Source: Macrostomum lignano
Taxonomy: Eukaryota
Direction of reading: 5' to 3'
Length of the DNA: 64,000 bases
NCBI GenBank assembly: GCA_002269645.1
Contig: NIVC01001916.1
Coordinates: 124,001 to 188,000 of the forward strand
The position numbers and the translations under genes are program-made. The notes under the pieces were generated by a model. It saw only the letters and a list, made by a program, of their open reading frames with translations. It was not told where the DNA came from and searched no databases. Below, piece after piece: positions 9,839 through 21,154 of the stretch. Position 1 is the first letter of the stretch; each line of letters starts with the position of its first letter.

Positions 9839-12800
9839 ATGTCCACTGATCCATTCGGCGTTGACTTTGCCGAACTGACTGGCGCCTACGGCGGTAGCTC
9901 GGCTGAACCCGGTGGCACCTCTGCCACCGCCAGTGCGCCATCGAAACGCCGACGTCTGGACTCTGAGGAAGCTGGCGCCGCGTCAGCAGATTTGAGCAGA
10001 GCCGAACGCTTGCTGCAGCAGTTCACCGCATCGACTGCTGCTGTCAAGTCGGAGCAGTCGGCTGTCAGTCAGAATGCTGCTGAAGTCTCCGCTGCGGTAG
10101 GTAGCGAAGATCCAGCAGCCAACGATGATGGTGAAGAGCAGCCGCAGGTGGTGGTGCACAAAATCCAGACTCAATCGGTCGACTGCACCCACGAAGTGGT
10201 GGTTCCGCCTGGCATTGAGTACGACCCGGCTAAACGGCCCGCGGAGTCAAAAACTCCAGCCAAGACTTATAAATTCAAATTGGACTCATTTCAACGCGAG
10301 GCCATCACTTGCATTGAGCTGGGCCAATCTGTGCTGGTGTCGGCGCATACTTCGGCGGGAAAAACGGTGAGGGGTGTTTTGTTGAAATCTGTAATTTCCT
10401 CCTAAAATCTGGAGATTTACTAGAATGCGGACATTCTCTTATTGAATTCGGGGATTCCCTTCTCCAACCACGGGATTCCTTCTAGAATCTGGGGATTCCC
10501 TTCTAGAACCCTGGGATTACCTTCTAGAACCCCGGGATTCCCTTCTAGAACCCTGGGATTACCTTCTAGAACCCCGGGATTACCTTCTAGACATCCGCGA
10601 ATTCCCCTTTAGAACCCGGGAATTCCATTCTAGAATCAGGGGATTCCTTTCTAGAACCCCAAGATTCCCTTCTAGAATCCAGGAATTTCCTTCTAGAAAC
10701 CAAGGATTCCCTTCTAAAACTTAGGAATTCCCTTATAGAATCCGGGGATTCCCTTCCAGAACTCAGGGATTCCTTTTTAGAATCCCCTTTTTGGATCCAG
10801 GGATTCCCTTCTAGAACCCGGAATTCCTTTAAATCCGGAGACTCCCTTCAGGAAATCCAGGGATTCCCTTCCAAGAATCCGGGGATGCCCTCCTAGAATT
10901 CGGGGATTCCTTTCTAGAATTATGGTATTCCCTTCTGGAAATCCAGGGATGCCCTAGAATTCTGAGATTCGTTTCTAAAACCCAGATATTCCCTGATAGA
11001 ATCTGGGGATTCCCTTCTGGAAATCCAGGGATGCCCTAGAATTCTGAGATTCGTTTCTAAAACCCAGATATTCCCTGATAGAATCTGGGGATTCCCTTCT
11101 GGAAATCCAGGGATGCCATAGAATTCTGGGATTCCTTTCTCTGATCCAGAAATTCTCCAATAGAATCTGAGGTTTCCCGTCTGGAAATCCGGAGATTCCC
11201 TTCTGGAATCCATGGATTTGTCATGATTCATGAAACCCCCCAATAAATTCCCCTCAAGAGGCTCTCTGACACTGAAATCTCCCTGGCACTATTAACCCAA
11301 TCGCAGGTCGTGGCCGAATACGCCATAGCGCTCAGCCTTCGCGAGCGCCAGCGCGTGATCTACACCACCCCCATCAAAGCGCTTAGCAACCAGAAGTATC
11401 GAGAATTCTTTGACGAATTTCACGACGTTGGCCTGATGACTGGCGATGTGACTATTAATCCCAACGCTTCATGCCTCATCATGACTACGGAGATTCTGCG
11501 CTCCATGCTTTACAGAGGCTCAGAGGTTATGCGCGAAGTTGGCTGGGTTGTGTTCGACGAGATTCACTACATGCGCGACTCCGAGAGGGGTGTGGTGAGT
11601 AGGCTAAGGTGTTCTTGGCACCTGAGTACCTGAGCAGACAGGTTTACTCACTCTAGTACCTGAGCAGACAGCATTACCCACTCTAGTACCTGAGCAGACA
11701 GCATTACCCACTCTAGTATCTGAGCAGACAGCTTTACCCACTATAGTACCTGAGCAGACAGCTTTACTCACTCTAGTATCTGAGCAGACAAGGTTTACTC
11801 ACTCTAGTATCTGAGCAGACAGCTTTACCCACTCTAGTACCTGAGCAGACAGCTTTAATCACTCTAGTACCTGAGCAGACAGCTCTACTCACTCTAGTAT
11901 CTGAGCAGACAAGGTTTACTCACCCTAGTATCTGAGCAGACAAGGTTTACTCACTCTAGTACCTGAGCAGACAGCTTTACTCACTCTAGTATCTGAGCAG
12001 ACAAGGTTTACTCACTCTAGTACCTGAGCAGACAGCTTTACTCACTCTAGTACCTGAGCAGACAGCTCTACTCACTCTAGTATCTGAGCAGACAAGGTTT
12101 ACTCACTCTAGTATCTGAGCAGACAAGGTTTGCTCACTCTAGTACCTGAGCAGACAGCTTTACTCACTCTAGTATCTGAGCAGACAAGGTTTAATCACTC
12201 TAGTACCTGAGCAGGCAAGGTTTACCAATAAGTCCCGCTCACTCGAATACCTGACGCTGCCATTCTAAGAATCGCTCACCGACCCCCCACTGCGCAGGTG
12301 TGGGAGGAGACCATCATTCTGCTCCCAGACGCAGTTCACCACGTGTTTCTATCCGCCACCATCCCTAACGCTCGCCAATTTGCCGAATGGGTTTGCGCCC
12401 TGCACCGTCAGCCGTGTCACGTGGTTTACACTGACTACAGGCCGACCCCGCTGCAGCACTACATGTTCCCCTGCGGCGGCGATGGCCTCCATCTGGTTGT
12501 GGATCAGGAGGGCAATTTTCGTGAAGAGAATTTCGGCCAGGTGATGGCGTCATTAGCCAAGGCAGGAGGGAATTCCCAGTCCGATATGGCCAATCGCGGT
12601 CGTAGGGGCGGATTTAAAAGTGCAGAGACTCACTGCATGACTATAGTTAAGGTGAGAGTGCTTTGTGTACTTTTAAATATTTCTCAGTACTTTTTACACG
12701 CTTTTATTATAAAGTACTTTGTGTACTCTACACTCGAGTGATTTTACAGCTTGTAAGCGCTTATTATTTGTGTAAATTGTGGAATGTACTTTTATTTCTG

Positions 12801-15800
12801 CTAACCTATTTTTACTATCTGTATATTAATCTTTCACATAGTTTTGCATGCATTCCCTGTGATTAACCCAGGTGATCATGGAGCGCAGCCTGGAGCCGGT
12901 CATTGTTTTCAGCTTCTCCAAGAAAGAATGCGAGATCTACGCCCTGCAGATGGCCAAGCTGGATTTTAACACGGCTCAGGAGAAGGCCTTGGTTGAGGAG
13001 GTGTTTAATAACGCCACAGGCGGCCTGTCTGAGGAAGATCGCAAGCTGCCGCAGGTGGAGTCTGTGCTGCCTCTGCTCAGAAAGGGCATCGGCATTCACC
13101 ACGGCGGCCTGCTGCCTCTGCTCAAGGAGACTATCGAGATTCTGTTTCACGAGGGCCTCATCAAATGCCTGTTTGCCACAGAGACATTCGCTATGGGGCT
13201 GAATATGCCCGCTAGGACTGTGCTGTTCACCTCGGCTAGGAAGTTCGATGGTGGGTGTTGGATTGATTTGTGTCTGCTGTGTCTGTTCTGTGTGTATATC
13301 TGTGTCTGTCTGTATCTACCGGTGTGTAATCCTGTGTCTGTTCTCTGTCTGCCGTGTCTGTTCTATGTCTGTTCTGTGTGTCTTCTTGTGTCTGTTCTGT
13401 CTGTTCTGTGCCTGTTCTGTGTGTCTTCTTGTGTCTGTCCCGTGTGTCTTCTTGTGTCTGTCCCTTCTTGTCAGTGGTGTGATTCAGGCGCGAATTCGCG
13501 CCAGGCGCGAAAATGGCGCGAATGCGCGAATCCTGGGGGTCTGGCGCGAAATTTTGTGGAACCATGGGCGCGAAAATTGCATTCTTATTTTCTGCTTTTT
13601 ACACTTATTCTCTTGTCAGACAGTATGAAATACAAGAATGTCATAGCTTAGGAGATTAATCTAACAAACTGAGTTCAATCTCAGGCGTCAGCAGCAGAAT
13701 GTGCAGAAGAAGAAGCAGAAGGAGGCAGAGAAGCTAGCTGAGCTCGTCTTGAAGCGCAAGGCTGCTGAGCTGCTGTCAACGTCGTCAATCACCAGCACGA
13801 GAAGTCGTCTGCCTGCAGACATCGCCAACAAGAAGTTCAGGGGGGACACGGCTGTGACTTAAGAGACATGCTAATTGGTAGCCAGACGCATCTTCAAAAG
13901 TGTCATCAATTGACTTATTTGGCTATCAGTAGAATATTATTGGCATGGCGCGAAAATTTTCAGTCGGCTCGAAATTTGGCAAACTTTCCAATCACACCAC
14001 TGCTTCTTGTGTCTTGTGTCTTGTGTCTCCCGTGTGTCTTCCTGTGTGTCTTGTGTCTGTCCCGTGTGTCTTCTTGTGTCTGTCCCGTGTGTCTTCTTGT
14101 GTCTGTCCCGTGTGTCTTCTTGTGTCTGTCCCGTGTGTCTTCTTGTGTCTGTCCCGTGTGTCTTCTTGTGTCTGTCCCGTGTGTCTTCTTGTGTCTGTCC
14201 CGTGTGTCTTCTTGTGTCTGTCCCGTGTGTCTTCTTGTGTCTGTCCCGTGTGTCTTCTTGTGTCTGTCCCGTGTGTCTTCTTGTGTCTGTCCCGTGTGTC
14301 TTCTTGTGTCTGTCCCGTGTGTCTTCTTGTGTCTGTCCCGTGTGTCTTCTTGTGTCTGTCCCGTGTGTCTTCTTGTGTCTGTCCCGTGTGTCTTCTTGTG
14401 TCTGTCCCGTGTGTCTTCCTGTGTCTGCTCTGTGTGTCTTCCTGTGTCTGTTCTGTTTGTCTGTCTGTGTGTGTGTCTGTCTGTTCTGTCTGTCTGTCTG
14501 TCTCCTCAATCGCAGCCATTGCCAGATATCATCTTGGCATTACTCTCCTGTCTGCCAGCTAGCCTACAATCCCACTCTTCTCTCTCCCCGTCAGGCAAGA
14601 ACTACCGCTGGATCAGCAGCGGCGAGTACATCCAGATGTCCGGCCGCGCCGGGCGCCGCGGTCTTGACGATCAGGGCACCGTCATTCTCATGGTGGACGA
14701 GACCATGGGCCACGCCACGGCCAAGAACATCATCAAGGGCAGCCCGGACCCACTGAACTCGGCATTCCACCTCACCTACAATATGATTCTGAACCTGCTG
14801 AGAGTGGAGGACATCAATCCGGAGTACATGCTGGAGCGGAGTTTTCACCAGTTTCAAAACTACGCCAGCATTCCGCAGCTGCTGCAGAGGATTCGCGAAC
14901 TCCGCTCTGGCATCGCAGAGTGTCGGGTTGAGGACGAGGAGGGCGTCGCATCTTATCAGCAGATCCGGCAGCACCTGAAATCCCTCAATGAGCAGATGTG
15001 GGCGGTTATTAGGCAGCCAAAGTACATACTGGCCTTTCTACAGGTATATAAGTATTCTGCTCCATCCATCCTATCCTCTATCAATCTATTCTATCCTATC
15101 CATTCTATCCTATCCATTCTATCCTATCCATTCTATCCTATCCATTCTATCCTATCCATTCTATCCTCTATCAATCTATTCTATCCTCCATCTATTCTAT
15201 CTATCCATTATATCCTCTCAATCCATTCTATCCAATCCATTCTATCCAATCCTATCCATCATATCAATTCTATCCAATCCAATCTATCCTATCAATCCAT
15301 TCTATCCTATCCATTCTAATTCATTCTATCCTATCCATTCTATCCTATCCATTCTATCCTATCCATTCTATCCAATCCATTCCATCCTATCCATTCTATC
15401 CTTTCCATTCTATCAATCCATTCTATCTTCATTCTATCCTACCCATTCTAATCTCCTATCCGTCTATTCTATCTGTCTTGCCTCATACCTCAAAAATGAC
15501 TAGCGCTCTGAGCTTCGATTTTTCTCTCAAATGTCTCTCCCCAAATGTTATCCCCACTAATTTACACAGTTCGCTGACAAATTATACTACTCAGCTATTC
15601 AATTCCAAGTAGCAATCTAAGCGCATATTTCGCAACAAACTTTGCGCAGGAAGGTCGCTTAGTCCAGGTGCGCACTGAGCAGCACGACTTCGGCTGGGGC
15701 GTGGTTGTGGGCGTCAGCAAGAAGCAGCACGACAATCGGGTGCTCAATCCTGAGCCCTACTACGTTGTTGACGCGCTGCTGCGCGTGGCGCCAAACTCGG

Positions 15801-18800
15801 CGCGCGAGAAACACGTTTCGCTAATTCGGCCGGCGCCTGAGGGAGAGCCCTGCGATTTTGAGGTATTTTTGGCAAAGTTTTATTTTCAGTAGCAGTTTTG
15901 GGCACCAAAAAATTGCCTATTTGCTCGCCTGGAAAATCGCCCCTGACTTACCTGTAGAATAACCCCTGACTCACCTGACGAATCGCCCCTTCACTCACCT
16001 AAAAAATCTTCCCTGACTCACCTAAAGAATCGCCCCTGACTCACTTTAAGAGGCCTGACTCACCTAAAGAATTTCCACTGACTCATCTGGAGAATCGCCC
16101 TTAACTCACCTGAAGTATTACCCCTGACTCACCTGAAGAATCGCCCATGACTCGCCTAAAGAATCACCCCTGACTCACCTAAAGAATCGCCCCTGACTCA
16201 CCTTAAGAGGCCGGACTCACCTAAAGAATCTCCCCTGACTCACCTGAAGAATCGCCCCTAACTCACCTGAAGTATTACCCCTGACTCACCTGAAGAATCG
16301 CCCCTAACTCACCTGAAGTATTACCCCTGACTCACCTGAAGAATCGCCCATGACTCGCCTAAAGAATCACCCCTGACTCACCTAAAGAATCGCCCCTGAC
16401 TCACCTTAAGAGGCCAGACTCACCTGAAGAATCGCCCCTGACTCACCTGAAGAATCGCCCCGGACTCACCTGAAGAATCGCCCCTGACTCACCTGAAGAA
16501 TCGCCCCTGACTCACCTGAAGAATCGCCCCTGACTCACCTGAAGAATCTCCCCTGACTCACCTGAAGAATCGCCCCTAACTCACCTGAAGTATCACCCCT
16601 GACTCACCTGAAGAATCGCCCATGACTCGCTTGAAGAATCGGCCCTGACTCGCCTGAAGAATCTCCCCTGACTCACCTGAAGAATCGCCCCTGACTCACC
16701 TGAAGAATCGTCCCTGACTCACCTGAAGAATCGCCCCTGACTCACATAAAGAATCGCCCCTGACTCACCTGAAGAATCGCCCCTGACTCACCTGAAGAAT
16801 CGCCCCTCACTCACCTGAAGAATCGCCCCTGACTCACCTGAAGAATCGCCCCTGACTCACCTGAAGAATCGCCCCTGACTCACCTGAAGTATCACCCCTG
16901 ACTCACCTGAAGAATCGTCCCTGACTCACCTAAAGAATCGGCCCTGACTCGCCTGAAGAATCTCCCCTGACTCACCTGAAGAATCGCCCCTGACTCACCT
17001 GAAGAATCGTCCCTGACTCACCTGAAGAATCGCCCCTGACTCACCTGAAGAATCGCCCCTGACTCACCTGAAGAATCGCCCCTGACTCACCTGAAGAATC
17101 GCCCCTCACTCACCTGAAGAATCGCCCCTGACTCACCTGAAGAATCGCCCCTGACTCACCTGAAGAATCGCCCCTCACTCACCTGAAGAATCGCCCCTGA
17201 CTCACCTGAAGAATCGCCCCTGACTCACCTGAAGAATCGCCCCTGACTCACCTGAAGAATCGCCCCTGACTCACCTGAAGAATCGCCCCTCACTCACCTG
17301 AAGAATCGCCCCTGACTCACCTGATGAATCGCCCCTGACTCACCTGAAGAATCGCTCCTGACTCACCTGAAGAATCGCCCTTGACCCACCTGACTTGACG
17401 TCACCCTCCCCCGCAGGTGGTCCCATCAAGCTGGAGCTGCTTTACGGTATCAGCGCAGTCCGCCTTCACGTGCCCACCGACCTCCGACTCGAAGTGAACC
17501 GCCGCGCCGTCCTGCAGTCAGTTGGCGCCGTCTTCCAGCACTTCAAGACCGGCCCGCCTCCGCTGGACCCGTTGAAAGATATGAAAATTCGCGAGGAGAA
17601 ATTCGCCGATCTGGTTGCTAAGCGAGACGCCTTCAACGAGCGTTTAGAAAATCACTGGCTAGCAGACAGTGACCGGCTGCCGAAACTGCTGGAGCAGCTG
17701 GAGGCCAAGTCGGCTCTGCAGGCTCAGCTGACTGAGGCTCAGTCTGAGCTGGCCCAGCGCCGGGCCCTGCTGCAGTTGGAGGAGCTGAAGTGTCGCAAAC
17801 GGGTGCTCAGGCGGCTAGGATTCGCCACACAGTCGGACATTATCGAGCTGAAAGGTCGAGTAGCCTGCGAGATCGATTCCGCTGATGAGCTGGTGCTCAC
17901 CGAGTTGCTGTTCAGTGGAGCTCTTAACGATTTGACTGCTCAGCAGGTGAGACTTATAACAGCATTTTGAGCACCCTTTCGGTACTCTTTGGAGTGCGAG
18001 TACACCCTGCACCCTGTTCACCGCAATTTCATGTGCTCTGTACACCCTTCACTTTGTACTCTTTGAAAAATGTATATTACCAAGCAGTATGTGTACCTGG
18101 GTCATATACACCCTGTGTCATGTGACTCATGTACACCCAATATCATGTGCACCTAAAATCATGTGCACCTAAAATCATGTGGACCAAGAATCATGTGCAC
18201 CCAAAATCATGTACACCCAGAATCATGTACACTCAGAATCATGTGCACCCAAAATCATGTACGCCCAGAATCATGTGCACCCAAAATCATGTACACCCAA
18301 AATCATGTACACCCAGAATAATGTGCACCCAAAATCATGTACACCCAGAATCATGTGCACCCAAAATCATGTACACCCAGAATCATGTACACCCAGAATC
18401 ATGTGCACCCAAAATCATGTACACCCAAAATCATGTGCACCCAAAATCATGTGCACTCAGAATCATGTGCACCCAGAATCATGTGCACCCAAAATCATGT
18501 ACACCCAGAATCATGTACACCCAGAATCATGTGCACCCAAAATCATGTACACCCAAAATCATGTGCACCCAAAATCATGTGCACTCAGAATCATGTGCAC
18601 CCAGAATCATGTGCACCCAAAATCATGTACACCCAGAATCATGTACACCCAGAATCATGTACACCCAGAATCATGTGCACACAGAATCATGTGCACCCAG
18701 AATCATGTGCACCCAGAATCATGTGCACCCTACAAACTCTCAACCGCAGGTCGCAGCCCTGCTATCCTGCTTCATCTTCGAGGAGAAGGCCTCAGAGCTG

Positions 18801-19166
18801 CCGGACCTGTCAGAGGAGCTTGCCGTGCCGCTGCGAGCTCTGCAGGACACGGCCAGGCGGGTGGCTCGAGTGTCTACCGAGTGCAAGGTGCCGCTAGACG
18901 AGGAGGCCTACTGCGAGTCGTTCAAGCCGCACATGATGGACATTGTGGCCGCCTGGAGTTCCGGCGCTTCGTTTGCCAAGATCTGTTCAAAAACTGACAT
19001 ATTCGAGGGCTCAATAATTCGATGCATGCGTCGGCTGGAGGAGCTGCTCAGGCAGATGTGCAACGCTGCCAAAGCCATCGGCAATGCTGAGTTGGAGAAT
19101 AAATTCGCGGAAGCAATCGTGTCAATTAAAAGGGACATTGTGTTTGCGGCCAGCTTGTATCTCTGA
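9839..19166 (+). CDS. MTREX: Exosome RNA helicase MTR4 (SKIV2L2), 8 exons, ~1050 aa
   Basis: Exons 9839-10366, 11307-11594, 12298-12651, 12872-13250, 14595-15043, 15650-15862, 17417-17946 (1-nt deletion at ~17423), 18750-19166, all with GT-AG introns. Motifs [57 protein letters not shown], and the MTR4-type C-terminus [13 protein letters not shown]. Confidence 0.97.
10450..11200. repeat. ~20-bp minisatellite (gggattcccttctagaaccc)n in MTR4 intron 1
   Basis: Degenerate tandem units visible directly. Confidence 0.9.
11625..12225. repeat. ~30-bp minisatellite (gtacctgagcagacagctttactcactcta)n in MTR4 intron 2
   Basis: About 20 tandem units. Confidence 0.95.
13260..14500. repeat. Minisatellite (tgtctgtcccgtgtgtcttcttg-like)n in MTR4 intron 4, interrupted by a hAT element
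   Basis: Tandem units on both sides of the 13472-14002 insertion. Confidence 0.9.
13472..14002. mobile_element. Non-autonomous hAT-type DNA transposon (531 bp)
   Basis: 13-bp TIR CAGTGGTGTGATT / AATCACACCACTG. Exact 8-bp TSD cttcttgt at 13464-13471 and 14003-14010. Subterminal GCGCGAA repeats. Confidence 0.9.
15060..15470. repeat. Low-complexity (ctatc/cattctatc)n repeat in MTR4 intron 5
   Basis: Visible tandem degenerate units. Confidence 0.9.
15945..17392. repeat. 23-bp minisatellite (cccctgactcacctgaagaatcg)n in MTR4 intron 6
   Basis: About 60 tandem units. Confidence 0.97.
18120..18730. repeat. 16-bp minisatellite (aaaatcatgtgcaccc)n in MTR4 intron 7
   Basis: Visible tandem units; it produces the spurious repetitive ORFs at 18129, 18179 and 18337. 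Confidence 0.95.
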
Positions 19167-19289
19167 GTGCAAGCTGATATGGACCGCATTATTTCATTAA
19201 ATGTTTCTAAGAATAACATTTATCCTATTCCGTTCTCAATGATGTAATCACAGTCCCGTCTGTTTCTAAGAATTCGTTCCGGTCTCTTT

Positions 19290-19895
19290 CTAAGAATCAC
19301 GATCCAACCAATTTCTAAGAATCGCAATCCCAACCAATTTCTAAGAATTGCAATCCAACCAATTTCTAAGAATCGGAATCCAACCAATTTCTAAGAATCG
19401 CAATCCAACCAATTTCTAAGAATTGGAATCCAACCAATTTCTAAGAATCGCAATCCAACCAATTTCTAAGAATCACAATCCAACCAATTTCTAAGAATCG
19501 CAATCCAACCAATTTCTAAGAATCACAATTCAATCCATTTCTAAGAATCACAATCCAACCAATTTCTAAGAATCGGAATCCAACCAATTTCTAAGAATCA
19601 CAATCCAACCAATTTCTAAAAATCGGAATCCAACCAATTTCTAAGAATCACAATCCAACCAATTTCTAAGAATCGCAATCCAACCATAGAATCGCAATCC
19701 AACCAATTTCTAAGAATCGCAATCCAACCAATTTCTAAGAATCACAATCCAACCAATTTCTAAGAATCACAATCCAACCAATTTCTAAGAATCGGAATCC
19801 AACCAATTTCTAAGAATCACAATCCAACCAATTTCTAAGAATCGCAATCCAACCATAGAATCGCAATCCAATCCATTTCTAAGAATCGCAGTTCA
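19290..19895. repeat. 25-bp minisatellite (aatttctaagaatcgcaatccaacc)n just downstream of the MTR4 stop
   Basis: About 23 tandem units. Confidence 0.95.
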
Positions 19896-20348
19896 AACAG
19901 TTTCTTAGAATTGCAATAATTCAAATACTAAAATTATTTCTAAGAATCAAAATCGATCCCATTTCTAGGAATGAGAACTCAACCCGGTTCTAGGAATGGA
20001 AATCCCACAGATATTTGTTATCAAACGCGTGCTTCTGTCATAAAAATATGAAATTCTATGTGTAACAATTATTAACTTTAAATTACAATTCAAACCCTTT
20101 CTGTTAATTATTCGGTAATTCTGTAAGGATGGCTAGGCATTTTAATTTGCTTTGCATTTTTTGGCCCCAACTTGATGTTGCTGAAAAGAAGTTAAACTAG
20201 CATAAATCTGCCGACAGTGTGTTGACTTTGTGTAGAAATATAAAACAACTGTTATTGTAGACGCCATTATTGGTTATTTAAAAAGGCAGCTGCCGATACA
20301 GCGTCTTATTATGCATCTTTAATAACTTTCAAAATATGCAGCTGTGTA

Positions 20349-21003
20349 CGAGGGGCGTCCGGAAAGTAGTGTTACTATTACTCGGTGTGGACGTATGGAA
20401 AGTTGCACTTGCATGAGTTTGGTGTCATTTGAAAGTGGCAAGTCTCTTCTTTAAAATGATACCAATTGCAAGATTTGAACATGTGCTTCAAGAGATATGG
20501 ATAATTAAGTAAAGAAAGGTCGGTCATAGACTGACACAAGCAAAATTACAAGCGAACAACGTTAAAATCACTCATCGTTTGGCAGAGTTGTCTTCTCAAC
20601 GTAGTCACCACCAGACATGACGCACTTCTCCCATCGGTCTCGCATCTTGTCGATGGCGTCTGTGTACAGAGTTCTCGGAATCTGGTGCAGCAGGACCCTC
20701 CTAACCTCGCTCTCCAATTGATCGCGACTGTTATGGACTCAGCACAGCAACTGCAGTCTTAGTTTTCTGAGGCAGCCCCTCTCATTTGCTGCATCGAATT
20801 TGGCCATAGACAGTATATGCATGCAAGAAAAATCGATAAAAGTTCAAGCTGAATGCTATTTTTAGCCTAAATTTTAGCTTGTGTAAGTCTATGACTGACC
20901 TTTCTTTACTTAATTATCCATATCACTTGAAGCACGTATTCAAATCTCTTGCAATTGGTGTCATTTTAAAGAAGAGACATGCCACTTTCAAATGACACCA
21001 AAC
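20349..21003 (-). mobile_element. Deleted mariner-type transposon relic
   Basis: Mariner-like end TA|CGAGGGGCGTCCGGAAAGT at 20347. Minus-strand transposase C-terminus SRDQLESEVRRVLLHQIPRTLYTDAIDKMRDRWEKCVMSGGDYVEK (~20568-20790). Inverted repeat ~20417-20532 versus ~20886-21003. Confidence 0.8.
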
Positions 21004-21154
21004 ATTTAAAGTCTTCTCCATGCAAAAAGAGATAAGCAGAATAACAATATGCATAATACAAGTTGCTGACAATGTAGTGCATCTGTGCATTTTACAGCAC
21101 TGAAAAGCTTTTTGCAAGAGAGAGTTGAGACGAGATTATAAAGTTGGATAGATA

